Shown here: positions 1-10,500 of the stretch, piece by piece
How the letters are laid out: each line of letters begins with the position of its first letter
Position numbering within the stretch: position 1 is the first letter of the stretch
Source of the DNA: Candidatus Poribacteria bacterium
GTDB lineage: Bacteria; Poribacteria; WGA-4E; WGA-3G
Assembly: GCA_965205015.1 (NCBI GenBank)
Contig: OZ242029.1
Location: 1,216,001-1,280,000 of the forward strand
DNA: 64,000 bases
Reading direction: 5' to 3'
The notes under the pieces: generated by a model
What the model was told of the DNA's origin: nothing
The model's input: only the letters and a program-made list of their open reading frames with translations
Database searches by the model: none
Made by a program: the position numbers and the translations under genes

Positions 1-2358
1 GGTTTCACAGGCGACACGTTCGATATCATTGTCACATTGACTGAGCAGCCGAAAGAGAACAAGCTCACTGCCGCAGATCACTTCGATGTTGCTGAAGGAA
101 CTGCATCTGATGGTGTATATTTGGGTGAAATAGCGGCTCCTGCGGATGCCGCAACCGGCGATGATACGCCCCGATTAGCAAGTGGACGTAACGGTATGGA
201 TGAGCGATACCTCGTCACGCTTACACCGGCAGCTAAAGACGCCAACTTGGTTTTCAAGTTAAAAACTTTTGGAGACCAAGAGATTTATACGTACGATGAC
301 GACAAGAGCGACATAACAGGTAGAGGACCAAACGAATGGGATCCACCTGTCAGTGAACTTGATCGGAAAGAGGGTGAAGATAAAATAACGGTCAAGATCA
401 AGAAGCAAACAACCGGTCCAGCAAAAACCGCGGGTGTGAAGTTCGGTTTACCGAAAGAAAAATACATCCCTGCGGGTGGCTACTTAATCGTTGCAGAGGA
501 CATAACGGGCTCCGCTATCCACAAGACGCCTGGTGAAATTAAGGAAGCTCCGAAACCGCACGAACGGACACCTGCCGAGATGATGTATAACGTCATTGAC
601 GATGGCGATCTCCCGAACCTTGAGACCTTCCTCTCTAATGGCGGTGTAATTGGTGTGATGGGACCACAACCTTTGATGATTACCGAGATCATGTGGGGTT
701 CGGATGCAAGTTTGGACGATCCCGGCAAGAGCCAATGGATTGAGCTGTATAATCCCGGTGACGGGTATCAGACACAGGATGGCGATAACACCACGTATCT
801 GGTTTTCTACGGACCGGGTGAAACCCCCGCAACAGGGATTCATGACAGCGTTGGAACCCTCGATCCAGTAGCTGGCTATTGGTCGCTCGCAGGTAAAGGT
901 CAAAATGGTCGATCCGCTGAAAGGATCCTTGGGGAAGAAGCAGCGGTCGCAACCGCATCGATCGTCTCCATGTATCGTCTCATAGATGCGTCTGGGACAT
1001 TGGCAAATGGGCGCATGAAAGATTCCTGGATGCAGTCGAGTCCTCCGAGCATGAACTTTGAAGCGAATGCCCCGGGTGTTCACATAGGGACACCAGGCGC
1101 AATGACCGATATGACGGCGTTGCGAATGGCTGAAGCAGCCAAAGCCAAAGAGCAAGCCGATGCTGAAGCCAAAATGAAAGCCGATGCTGAAGCCAAAGCC
1201 GCAGCGACGGGCACTGTCCCACAGGCGGGTGCTATCTACGTCAGTGAGATTATGGTTGACAGGGGCAACGGATTGCCACAATGGCTTGAAATCTCTAACG
1301 GTTCCCGCACCGAGGATGTAAACTTGAGTGGATGGACGTTGACGGTGAATAACGCCGCAGCGGATGCCGATGTATCCGTCGGTGGCTCTATCACGTTCAC
1401 AATCCCCGATGGGACGATGCTCACGCGGAGTGGACAGAACACGATACCCTCGACCTTGTTAGTCGTCACCGAAGCCGGACGCAACGATCTCGGTGGACTC
1501 TCAGCCGATCATGTGCTCAACCTCTGGGAATCGGGTCAGACGGAATTGATCCTCGCAGGTGTGACGAAGCGTCGGTATTCGCTGTTGAGTGAGATGGCGT
1601 TTGAAGTTGTGCTGGCACCGCCAGCCCCGACAGCAATGAAGGTCGCTGCCACCGCAACGGCAAAGGAAAAAGCGGATGCCAAAGCCGCTGACCTGAAAGC
1701 CAAGGCCGCACACGCAGCCGCTACCGATATGGCGGGCAACCTCGGTGCCGATGGCGCAGCCGCTTGGGCATTACCGATGGGCGAAGACGGCGCACCCCGT
1801 TCCTCTCTCATTCGTGCCCACGTTCAAGTCTCTGTGGGACCCGCAGAACCTGAAGACGGCAAGATGATGGACACCTGGAGACTCGCCTCTATGACGAGTT
1901 TCGCACACCCCACGCATATCCGTCGGGCGAACTACTACGGTGCGGCGAACGATGTCGGCACACCCGGCTACCGTGCTGGCGGCGCACTGCCTGTCGAACT
2001 CTCACACTTCCGTCCCGCACGCGATAAAGCAACGGGTCAAGTCGTGATTGCTTGGTCGACGCAATCCGAGCTGAATAACGCTGGATTCTTTATCAAGCGT
2101 TCACAGCAACGAAATGGCGAGTTCAAAGTCATCAACGCCACAATGGTTCCGGGCGCAGGTACTACCAGTGAGAAGCAGTTCTACACCTACACGGATACAA
2201 CTGCTCAACCTAACGTCGTATACTACTACCAAATTGAAGATGTATCACTTGACGGAAACCGTCAGACCCTGACACGCGGCATACGCCTCAAAGGGCATGT
2301 CGGCGCAGCGGGCAAAGCCACCACCCTCTGGGGTGAGTTGAAGGCATCTCATGAGTAG
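1..2358 (+). CDS. Large secreted/surface protein, 5'-truncated by the window edge; two lamin-tail-like (LTD) domains, Ala/Lys-rich linkers, C-terminal 'LPVELSHF' Ig-like domain and GKATTLWGELK tail
   Basis: Frame is open from base 1. LTD-type motifs ITEIMW..QWIELYN and VSEIMV..QWLEISN..VNLSGWTL are present. Confidence 0.75.
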   Translation, partial: GFTGDTFDIIVTLTEQPKENKLTAADHFDVAEGTASDGVYLGEIAAPADAATGDDTPRLASGRNGMDERYLVTLTPAAKDANLVFKLKTFGDQEIYTYDDDKSDITGRGPNEWDPPVSELDRKEGEDKITVKIKKQTTGPAKTAGVKFGLPKEKYIPAGGYLIVAEDITGSAIHKTPGEIKEAPKPHERTPAEMMYNVIDDGDLPNLETFLSNGGVIGVMGPQPLMITEIMWGSDASLDDPGKSQWIELYNPGDGYQTQDGDNTTYLVFYGPGETPATGIHDSVGTLDPVAGYWSLAGKGQNGRSAERILGEEAAVATASIVSMYRLIDASGTLANGRMKDSWMQSSPPSMNFEANAPGVHIGTPGAMTDMTALRMAEAAKAKEQADAEAKMKADAEAKAAATGTVPQAGAIYVSEIMVDRGNGLPQWLEISNGSRTEDVNLSGWTLTVNNAAADADVSVGGSITFTIPDGTMLTRSGQNTIPSTLLVVTEAGRNDLGGLSADHVLNLWESGQTELILAGVTKRRYSLLSEMAFEVVLAPPAPTAMKVAATATAKEKADAKAADLKAKAAHAAATDMAGNLGADGAAAWALPMGEDGAPRSSLIRAHVQVSVGPAEPEDGKMMDTWRLASMTSFAHPTHIRRANYYGAANDVGTPGYRAGGALPVELSHFRPARDKATGQVVIAWSTQSELNNAGFFIKRSQQRNGEFKVINATMVPGAGTTSEKQFYTYTDTTAQPNVVYYYQIEDVSLDGNRQTLTRGIRLKGHVGAAGKATTLWGELKASHE

Positions 2359-2411
2359 TAGCAACAAAAAGGTTATTTCAGGGATAAAATTTGTTTGAAC
2401 TAACCTTAACC

Positions 2412-2451
2412 ACAAAAAAGGGTGGGTACCTCGGTACCGACCCTTTTTTGT
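2412..2451. terminator. Bidirectional intrinsic terminator
   Basis: acaaaaaagggt-gggtacc-tc-ggtaccg-acccttttttgt inverted repeat with A/T tails, between convergent genes. Confidence 0.8.
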
Positions 2452-2555
2452 TTGCAGACCCCTTCCTGCCTGATTCACACAATCCCCCCGATGCCTCCTA
2501 CGCTGCCTCCGCTGGGTCCATCGATTCAGGCAAAAAGAAACGAAGGCGCGGTGAG

Positions 2556-2603
2556 TGGGCAGGTACAAGACCTAAGGAAACACCCCAGCAAAAACCCCCT
2601 ACA
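2556..2603. repeat. REP-like palindrome variant with internal insert (gggcagg.acaagacc...ggaaacacc.cagcaaaaaccccctac)
   Basis: Near-identical to 13842..13890; its ends match the tandem units at 29292..29374. Confidence 0.75.
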
Positions 2604-2614
2604 AGATGTCTATT

Positions 2615-2731
2615 TATAGTAAAGTTTAGAATTAATTAGACACTTTAAAGAGGCGAGGATACAATCCTCGCCAGCGGCGGAGAGGATTGTTTCGCTAAGC
2701 AACTGTCTACATATTTTTCGACTTTACTATA
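2615..2731. mobile_element. MITE-like element with 11-bp terminal inverted repeats enclosing a ggcgagg...cctcgcc hairpin
   Basis: tatagtaaagt (2615..2625) / actttactata (2721..2731); inner tagaca/tgtcta; central ggcgaggatacaatcctcgcc. Confidence 0.55.
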
Positions 2732-2762
2732 TTTTGCAGTATCTTTGAAAAGAAAGTCCTAC

Positions 2763-3833
2763 TCAAAGGACGTTCCCGGGGTCTGTCAGTGTTCGGGTGA
2801 ATGCGTCAAGACTTTGCGTCCGCATCGCTTCTCGAAGCAAGTGCTTGAGACGTTGTAAATCGTCAATCGCTTCAAGCGGCGGTTTGAGGGTTTCAGCGGT
2901 GTTTGCCTGAAACCGCATATCGAGAAATAGCAGGATGCTCTCGATAGTGGTTTCTTTCGCACCTTGTTCTATGCCTTGTTCTATGCCTTGTTCTATGCCT
3001 TGTTCTATGAGAGCTTCAGCAGCCGTCTGTGCCATGATGGCAACCTCCCTTTCATCTCGACTTTGCTCTTTGACGATGTCTACAAACGCATCCCGCTCAG
3101 CAGCGGAGCGGCGATGAAAAATCAAAAGGATTAAATAGTTGAGTGCCTCCCGCAACTGGGCATCTTGTGTCCCCGCCAAACGACTGATCTCGGAGACCGC
3201 CACTTCTAAGGCTTCACGGAAGGCGGTTTCATCCGCATGCTCCTCTTGAAGCACGCGCAGCAACCAACCGAAAGGATGTCCTGACTCGATCAGCGTCTCC
3301 GCCGTCATCCGTTTTACGTCTAAAAACAGTGTGTCAAACGTAGGGACAAACCGCGCCAGGGCTCTCGGGACATTGAGAATCTCTGTCAACGCCTTCGGCT
3401 CCGTCCACCGATCCGTCCCCGTGTAAAAGACGATCGGTAAGATCGGAGACCACTGCTGTTCACCCGCAGCCCGCGAGTCCAACTGCTGATATTCCGATTC
3501 CCAGATGCGCCCCATGTACATCAACATGCGCAGCCGCATCAACGCCTCCACACTCGATTGATGCTCTATCAGAATACAGATATGCACCGCTTCATCCGAT
3601 GCCGACGCCTGAAACGGAACACGCAGCAAGACATCCGCCTCACGCTCCCGCAACGCTGCCGACAGAAAACTTCGGTTCTGCTGAACACCTCTTTTGAAGT
3701 CAAGAAAACCCACCAACTCCGGGGCGAGAAGTTCTACTAAATATCTTACATAATCTGCATCTTGCAGCAACCGCCGCATACTCCGATCCGGAAAGTGGTA
3801 CACCTTCTCATCAGAACTCACGGGGTTTGACAT
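2763..3833 (-). CDS. Rpn/YhgA-like recombination-promoting nuclease / putative transposase (PD-(D/E)XK)
   Basis: EADVLL..ILIEHQS..MRLRMLMY..PIVFYTG motifs; C-terminal EQGI repeats. Confidence 0.85.
   Translation of the reverse strand: MSNPVSSDEKVYHFPDRSMRRLLQDADYVRYLVELLAPELVGFLDFKRGVQQNRSFLSAALREREADVLLRVPFQASASDEAVHICILIEHQSSVEALMRLRMLMYMGRIWESEYQQLDSRAAGEQQWSPILPIVFYTGTDRWTEPKALTEILNVPRALARFVPTFDTLFLDVKRMTAETLIESGHPFGWLLRVLQEEHADETAFREALEVAVSEISRLAGTQDAQLREALNYLILLIFHRRSAAERDAFVDIVKEQSRDEREVAIMAQTAAEALIEQGIEQGIEQGIEQGAKETTIESILLFLDMRFQANTAETLKPPLEAIDDLQRLKHLLREAMRTQSLDAFTRTLTDPGNVL
2962..3009. repeat. 4 x 12-bp tandem repeat ccttgttctatg (encodes IEQG in the Rpn protein)
   Basis: Read directly from sequence. 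Confidence 0.95.
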
Positions 3834-3949
3834 AGAGCCTTACACCTTTCAAAGAGACAGCAACAAACTTTTCTAAGAGTATACCCCAAAACCGAAAAAA
3901 AAACCAACCCCTTTTTACAGCAGGGACAGAGCGATTTAGTTTTAAGAAT

Positions 3950-4852
3950 TTATGGGGCGGCATCCATGGCGCACCGAAACCCGACAACATTCAGACTACT
4001 GTCGGGATAATCGCTGATGCGTTCGGCATTGCGAATCGTGTGCACAGCACGGTACCACGTTCCACCACGTAGGACGCGGCGTTCACCGGTGTCAGGTCCT
4101 TCCGGATTCCGGAGTGGGCTCTCTATATCTTGCCTGTCCCTGTAGTAGGTTGGACTGTACCAATCCGCACACCATTCCCAGACATTCCCCGCCATATCAT
4201 ACAAACCGTAACCGTTGGGCGGAAACGTTCCGACAGGTGCAGTAAAAAGGTACCCGTCGTTGACGTCGGCACTCCGCCACTCAAATTCCGTTTGGCTGTC
4301 AGCGAAGTTGGCACTCGTATGATTCGGTTCAGCATCGCCCCACGGGTAGCGCGCCCCTTCCAAGCCACCGCGTGCGGCTTTTTCCCATTCCGCCTCCGTC
4401 GGTAACCGTTTACCTGCCCATTCACAGTAGGCAGTCGCATCAAACCACGTTACGGTTGTGACGGGTTGATTTGGGTGATTGAAATCTGGGTCGTCCCACG
4501 GTTCGTAACTCTGTTTGAGAAGTTCATAAACAGCCGTATAGCCGATTCCGCGTGGATCAGGGTGTCCCGTCGCGCCGACAAACACCTGATATTCAGCGTT
4601 CGTCACTTCATGTTGATCCATGTAAAACGCATCAAGTTCCACCGTGTGGACGGGTGCTTCGTCCACATCTCCGGTGGTACTTCCCATCTGAAAGGCACCT
4701 GCCGGAATCAGCCCCATGCCTTCGGGCGGTTCTACCGCTTCCTCCTCGGAGCAGGCAAGCCACGCAAAAAAAAGGACGAAATGGAGCAGACACCACAGTT
4801 GCGCTCCATCACGCCCTTTTTTTGAATTAGAAATTGTTCTGACTACAACCAT
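3950..4852 (-). CDS. Formylglycine-generating enzyme (FGE-sulfatase/SUMF1) domain protein, probable lipoprotein
   Basis: F.MGS, EVTNAEY, RLPTEAEWEKAARGG, GLYDMAGNVWEW, RVLRGG, GFRC motifs; WLAC lipobox-like. The track start at 4918 lies in a repeat, so the start is uncertain. Confidence 0.85.
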   Translation of the reverse strand: MVVVRTISNSKKGRDGAQLWCLLHFVLFFAWLACSEEEAVEPPEGMGLIPAGAFQMGSTTGDVDEAPVHTVELDAFYMDQHEVTNAEYQVFVGATGHPDPRGIGYTAVYELLKQSYEPWDDPDFNHPNQPVTTVTWFDATAYCEWAGKRLPTEAEWEKAARGGLEGARYPWGDAEPNHTSANFADSQTEFEWRSADVNDGYLFTAPVGTFPPNGYGLYDMAGNVWEWCADWYSPTYYRDRQDIESPLRNPEGPDTGERRVLRGGTWYRAVHTIRNAERISDYPDSSLNVVGFRCAMDAAP

Positions 4853-4907
4853 ACAAGAAACACAGATCAAGGCGCAATGAATTGCGCTACTACAAACAGC
4901 CTCTAAT

Positions 4908-4971
4908 TTTGCCCACACGCCGCTGGCGAGGTTTCAAACCGCGCCAGCAGAGGATGCTGCGTAAGTTCTGC
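4908..4971. repeat. Palindromic repeat (gctggcgaggtttcaaaccgcgccagc family)
   Basis: Related copies at about 2652, 13560, 13761..13950 and 59851. Confidence 0.8.
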
Positions 4972-4984
4972 TTGAGAAGTCAGG

Positions 4985-5770
4985 CTACCGTCCCGCTTTT
5001 ACTTTTCCCCAGACGGTTGCGAGTTTGCCGCGCGCCTGAACATCAAGTGCCTCATCGATGTTGCCACTCGCCTCTTTGACCTGATCCTCATCTAAAGCCA
5101 CTGAAAACACTGCGACCTCATCGAGCAAACCGTTGTACCAGTGGCCGCTTCCACCGCGATGACCGAGCCGTAAATCCTGCTCTCCAGCAATCAATTTGCC
5201 GCCATGCGGTGCCGAATTTGCCAGATCACCGTCAATATAAATCTTGGCATCTTTGCCATCGTAAGTACAGACGCAATGCGTCCACTTCTCAGGCTCAGTC
5301 GTGCCGTTGCCAGAATTCATCACCTTATGGGCACCCTCGCCACCCACAGAGAGCGTAAAGTAGAAGTAGCGACTCCCACGATTGACAAAGAGTCCATAGT
5401 TCTCCCAGGGTCCACCCTGCATTCCGTTCGCCATGATACACAACCAACCGTTGCCAGGGGCATCGTTCCAATTCACCCAAGCAGAAATCGTGACCTCATC
5501 CTCAATCGAGAGCGAATCTGAACTCTTGATGAGGACATGATTATCTCCACCTTTGAATTCCATTGCGTTGCCGTATTTTCCCTCGCCCTTCGCAAGGGAC
5601 GCCTTCTCAATCGTTCCCTGATTTCCGTGTGCTGAACCGTCCATCACTTTGTTACCTTGAACGTCGTCAAAAGACATATAGAGCGCGAGATCGTCAAGGG
5701 GCAATTCCGCCCGCGTCGCTATCGGTAACAGGCAACAGAGCAGGACAGTTACGATGATCGTTAATCTCAT
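4985..5770 (-). CDS. Secreted LamG/concanavalin-like domain protein with C-terminal GKLATVWGKVK tail
   Basis: Signal peptide; TISAWV, WTHCVCTYDG, IYIDG, GLLDEVAVF LamG motifs. Confidence 0.85.
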   Translation of the reverse strand: MRLTIIVTVLLCCLLPIATRAELPLDDLALYMSFDDVQGNKVMDGSAHGNQGTIEKASLAKGEGKYGNAMEFKGGDNHVLIKSSDSLSIEDEVTISAWVNWNDAPGNGWLCIMANGMQGGPWENYGLFVNRGSRYFYFTLSVGGEGAHKVMNSGNGTTEPEKWTHCVCTYDGKDAKIYIDGDLANSAPHGGKLIAGEQDLRLGHRGGSGHWYNGLLDEVAVFSVALDEDQVKEASGNIDEALDVQARGKLATVWGKVKAGR

Positions 5771-5874
5771 TTGCCATGCCTCCTTGTGTTGCGTTAATTG
5801 ATATTAATTTTAGCAGACTCTTGGATAGATGTCAAATAGTTATCCGTAGGCGGTGTGTAAAGTTTTTGGCATTT

Positions 5875-5956
5875 CACAATCACATCAATCACAAAAATCA
5901 CAGTCCATATCTGCCGTCCTTCCTCAATCACAAAAATCACAGAAATCACAGTCCGT
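5875..5956. repeat. aatcacaaaaatcacag-type repeat
   Basis: Several aatcac units; same family as 24791..24888 and 42113..42190. Confidence 0.6.
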
Positions 5957-5961
5957 TTTTC

Positions 5962-6960
5962 TCACCTACCTCTATCAACAAGCCACAAATCGCCTTCACT
6001 GACAGCAGCGAGGCGTTTCAACATTACAGCCCCCGGGAAATTAGGTGCCATCCCGATGCCCATCGCGAAGATACGTCCGTTGCCTGCGGCGTGTTCACCC
6101 ACAAGCGTGAGATCCGGTCCCGAAATCGTGGTAGGAATGCCGTCGCTAAAGAGAACAACGAGGGTCGGCGCGGTTTTGGCGGTTTCGGTCAACGCCGATA
6201 GCATATCGTGGTCAGTGCCTTTTGTATGAATTTGGGAGTGGATCTCGGCGAGATAGTTTGACGCGGCGGCAACCGTCTGCTCTGTTACCGGAACAAAGCC
6301 GTCTTGGTAGACGATGAGTTCCGTGCTAAACGCCATGATGTTGAAACTATCGTGGGGTTCCAAGAAAGTCAGCGAATTCCGCATGAGATCGATAATCCGC
6401 TTGAGTTTGCGCGTCGGGAGATTCTGCATACTCGTAGACAGATCGACACAATAAACAATGCGCTGCGGTCCGTCCTGCGCCTCAATGAACCTCACCAATC
6501 GACTTTTGAAACGAGTTTTGGCTTTCTGCTCCTTTTTGAAAGGACGTTCGATAACCCTTTGCACACGTGGGGTATCGTCAAATTCGACACGGGTTGCAGT
6601 GGGTCCCACAGGCGCACCGACGTCCTCGGTATCAAAGGGTTGGAAAGGTGCGGGTTCCGCTGCAGAGACGACGCCTCGGGTGCTGGCGGGTTGATTGCTC
6701 GTGAGGATTTTCAGGCGGGGTTGACTGACATCCCGCGTTCTTCTGTGCCGGACCCGTGTGCGTTTCGGAGGTGTCACGCGTCTGACTTTCGGCTTTTCTT
6801 CAATAACAAATAGGGCGTTGATGGCATCAGCATTTCGCTGCGGATGGGTACTAAACCAGAAGAAAAATCCGAGCACCCCAACGCCGAGGTGCAGTAGGAC
6901 AGAGATGAGCAATGCTTTGCTGGATTTCGATTTCATTTTTTTGATTTTACCTTTTTTCAA
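5962..6960 (-). CDS. Membrane-anchored von Willebrand factor A domain protein
   Basis: N-terminal TM (SVLLHLGVGVL); MIDAS DLSTSM, GT, LFSDGIP. Confidence 0.8.
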   Translation of the reverse strand: MKKGKIKKMKSKSSKALLISVLLHLGVGVLGFFFWFSTHPQRNADAINALFVIEEKPKVRRVTPPKRTRVRHRRTRDVSQPRLKILTSNQPASTRGVVSAAEPAPFQPFDTEDVGAPVGPTATRVEFDDTPRVQRVIERPFKKEQKAKTRFKSRLVRFIEAQDGPQRIVYCVDLSTSMQNLPTRKLKRIIDLMRNSLTFLEPHDSFNIMAFSTELIVYQDGFVPVTEQTVAAASNYLAEIHSQIHTKGTDHDMLSALTETAKTAPTLVVLFSDGIPTTISGPDLTLVGEHAAGNGRIFAMGIGMAPNFPGAVMLKRLAAVSEGDLWLVDRGR

Positions 6961-7544
6961 TCGCTCAAATCAACACTATTGTAGATGTCGCGTAACTGTA
7001 ACTCACACGCAATTGAGGGAAGTGAGATGCTGTCTTCCAGTTTCCGAAATTCGGTACGCAGCCAATAAGCACCTTCGCGAAGATAGTGCTCAACGCAAAC
7101 CTGATCCTGAGAGACAAGGACGTATTCCCGTAAAGACACGAGTTGCTGATAATGCCAGAATTTCTCTCCTCGGTCGCGTGCCTCTGTTGACGGAGAAAGC
7201 ACCTCTATGATGACAATCGGATTGAGAAGCGTGTCGGATACGCTATCCTCTGCTTGGGGTTCACCACAAAAAACGACAACATCAGGGTAGAAATAAGACC
7301 CCGTCTTGCTGACCTTGACGCGCATATCACTCGCGGCAGCTTTACATCTCCCGCCCCTTAATTGCGCACGGAGTTCACCGAAGACATCTCCAGTGATGAA
7401 ATTATGGTCAAAACTCGCTCCGGACATCGCGACGATCTCTCCTGCAAGGTATTCGTGTTTAGTGGTCGCCTTGCGTTCAAACGCGAGGTATTCTTCAGGC
7501 GTAAGATACGTTCTGGCTGCAATAGATGACATGAGTTCCTCCAT
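6957..7544 (-). CDS. Uma2/DUF820 family endonuclease
   Basis: EYLAGEIVAMSG, YPDVVV, IIEVLSPST, DRGEK, EYVLV motifs. Confidence 0.9.
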   Translation of the reverse strand: MEELMSSIAARTYLTPEEYLAFERKATTKHEYLAGEIVAMSGASFDHNFITGDVFGELRAQLRGGRCKAAASDMRVKVSKTGSYFYPDVVVFCGEPQAEDSVSDTLLNPIVIIEVLSPSTEARDRGEKFWHYQQLVSLREYVLVSQDQVCVEHYLREGAYWLRTEFRKLEDSISLPSIACELQLRDIYNSVDLSD

Positions 7545-7545
7545 G

Positions 7546-10500
7546 TTAGCGCATCGACATCTGTCCTTGGGTCTCTAATTTCCGGCGTAGGACAACACCC
7601 CACTGCCCAACAACCCATAACGCCTTACCGTCCTTGGAACGGGTGATGACATAGAGATTGTTGTCGATATCGGTGTGCTCCTGCTCCCATGTCTCGCCAC
7701 CATCGGTCGAACGGATAATGATCCCCTCTTCGCCGACTGCATAGACTTCCTTTTCAGAAAGGGCAATGATACCGTGAAGCGTTTTGTGAACACCGGTCGA
7801 TTTCGGCGCCCAATTAAAACCGCCATCCGTCGTCTTCAGGACGATCCCCGCTTCACCCGCCGCCCATCCTGTCCGCTTCGCAGCAAATGAAACCGCATTG
7901 AGATCGTAATTAATCTTTGTTTCGTGCAGCCGCCAATACTCACCCCCGTTGATGGTGCGTTGGGTCACCCCACTTCGCCCGACAGCCCAACCGAGGGGTG
8001 CGAATTTCATATCCACATCCATGAGTGTGTCGTTTGCAGTGGTGCGTTGAGGTGTCCACGTGGGACCGCCATCCTTGTTATGGATGATGTATCCGAGTCT
8101 ACCGACAGCCCAGCCCTCAGAAAACTTGCCGAAATCAACATCGTTCAGCGAGAACGTCCCAGGCGAGTCGCCCTCCATGAAAGGCGGTTGCTCAGGCGTA
8201 TCCCCTGCCGTCCACGCTGCGCCATCTGTTGTATAGAGGACCGTTCCATCGCGCTGCATCGCCCACCCCCATTTTTCAGGTTCGAGACTCGCAAAGTGTA
8301 CACCGATGAGACGTTGACGCGTCCGACTTCGGAGGGTCTCCCAGGTCTGTCCACCATCTTGGGTTTCCAACAGCACGCCCCCGTCCCCTGCGATCCAACC
8401 GTTTTTCTCATCGTAGAAGAGGACCTCTCGGAAGTCATTGCGCTGCTGTTCACCGAGTTGACGTTCCCATGTTTCTCCACCGTCTGCGGTATGGTAGATA
8501 CTGCCGCCACTGCCAACCGCCCAAGCGTGTTCTGCATTCAAGAAGTATACGTTGGCGATGCGGCGGGCCCCGCGTCCACGGCGTCCTCGCGGCTCTGGTG
8601 GCGGTGGGGGGGGTTGCTGCTGCCGCTGCACTGTGGGTGGTGTCGCCTGTTCAGCGTTAGGCGGAAGTTCACCTTCAGGTGCGAAACGTCCTGGACGTTG
8701 CCACTGCGCCCGAAGCCGATTTTGGATTTCCTCCGGGGTCTCGTCGTAAGTTAACGTCGGTCCCTCTGCGCCCTCTGCCTCCGCTTCTTCTGTTTCCTCT
8801 ATCTCTATCTCGGATTCTCCGAGTAAAAACGGGTTGAATTCTTCGTTGGATGCTTCCATAGCGAACATATTATCGTCTGCATCCTCGCCTGTATCAACAG
8901 ACACAAGTTTCCAATTGACCCCTTGGTCTTCGGTGATATACACGCCACCTCCACCGAGTCCCCAAGCGTTGGTATGTGAGTGGAAGGTGATGCTTCGCAG
9001 GTTTCCGCGTGTGCTTCGGGTCGTGGTCTGCAATCTCCATGTTTCACCACCGTCCCCGGTCAACAAAGCGTTACCGTTGCCGAGAACGACCCACCCTCGG
9101 TTTTCGTCAGCAAAGTGGACTGCAACCCCTGCTTGATTTGTCTTCGCTTGTATTTTCCAGTAGTCGCCACCATCAACGGTATGGAGAATAAACCCGCCAT
9201 CTCGACGTTGCGGTGTGACTGCCCACCCTACCTGACTGTTGATAAAGTGTATATCGGTAATGTTTGCGAGTGTGGTTCCAGTCTTCTGGATTTTCCATGT
9301 TTTGCCGCCATCCGTGGTATGCACGAATTGCCCAATCGTTGCGCCGAGCCATCCCACTTCGGCATTCAGGAAATGCATTGTGCTAACGCGGGGTAGGTTC
9401 TGCTGGGTTGCCTGAAGAATCGGCTTCCACGTTTCACCCCCATTTTCGGTCTGAAGTAAGATACCAGCACCAAGGATTCGCCCGTGTTTTTCGTCAGAAA
9501 ATTCGACCTGGCGCAGATCTTCACTGACACCACTGTGTTGTGGCAGCCATGTCTTGCCGCCGTCTGTGGTATGTGCAATTGCGCCGCCAGAACCGACCGC
9601 CCATCCCTTCTGTGCATCCACAAAATACGTATCGGCAAAGTTCGTTCGCCAAGTTGCCTGACGCATAATGTCCCAATGATAGTCAACGGGTTCAACAGGG
9701 ATTTCCGCTTCAGCCGTAATAATCTCCGGTTCTTCGGCGACCGGCGGTAATTTTGCTGGCAATTCTGCCTCTTCAATAGAGTAGCGCATCGCAATTCCAC
9801 CCTTACCGACAGCAACAACGCCGTCGGGTGAGAGTGCCAGTCCGTAGAGGTCGTTATCGGTGCCACTTTCTTGAACTTCCCACTTTTTGCCACCGTTGAC
9901 GGTGGTGAGCATCACCCCATCATCACCGACGATCAACCCGTGTTGTGTACCCGCAAAATAGAGTTTATTTAGGTTCGCTTGCGTGCCGCTGCGTTGGAAA
10001 TTCCAACGCTCTCCGCCGTTTGTCGTGTGTAGGATTTCGCCAAACTGTCCGACAATCCAGCCAGTGTTTTCATCTGCGAAGTAAACGGCATACAGTTCAT
10101 TGAAGGTGCCGGTCGTTTGCTGGTTCCAGGTCAACCCCCCATCTTCCGTCGTGAGGCAAACCCCGGGCCATCCGATAGCCCACCCTTTCTTTTCATCGAG
10201 AAAAAATACACCCTTTAGCATCAGCGAGAGAAAATCGCCCGTGGCAGTTTGGGACAGCCACGTTTTGCCACCATCAATTGTGTGTATGATACTACCGAGG
10301 TCCCCGACAGCCCAACCGACTTGGGGACCAATGAAGTGGACAGAACGGAGTGTAAAGGCGGAAGGCCCGCGCTGGCGTTCCCAGTTTGTGCCGCCATCGT
10401 TTGTATGAACGATGAGTCCACGCTCACCGACAGCCCAGCCGTGTTTGTCAGTCGCGAAATAGATGTTCCAGATGCCGTCCCAGATATCAGTCTCAATTTC

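Noticed and set aside
2391-2639. Short ORFs between the first gene and the Rpn gene
   Set aside because: They span a terminator and repeat elements
2763-3833. Rpn gene as an intact IS element
   Set aside because: No flanking terminal inverted repeats or target duplication found; Rpn proteins are not proven transposases
5776-6201. ORF with HNHINHKNHS repeats
   Set aside because: Translation of the aatcac repeat tract, overlapping the VWA gene antisense
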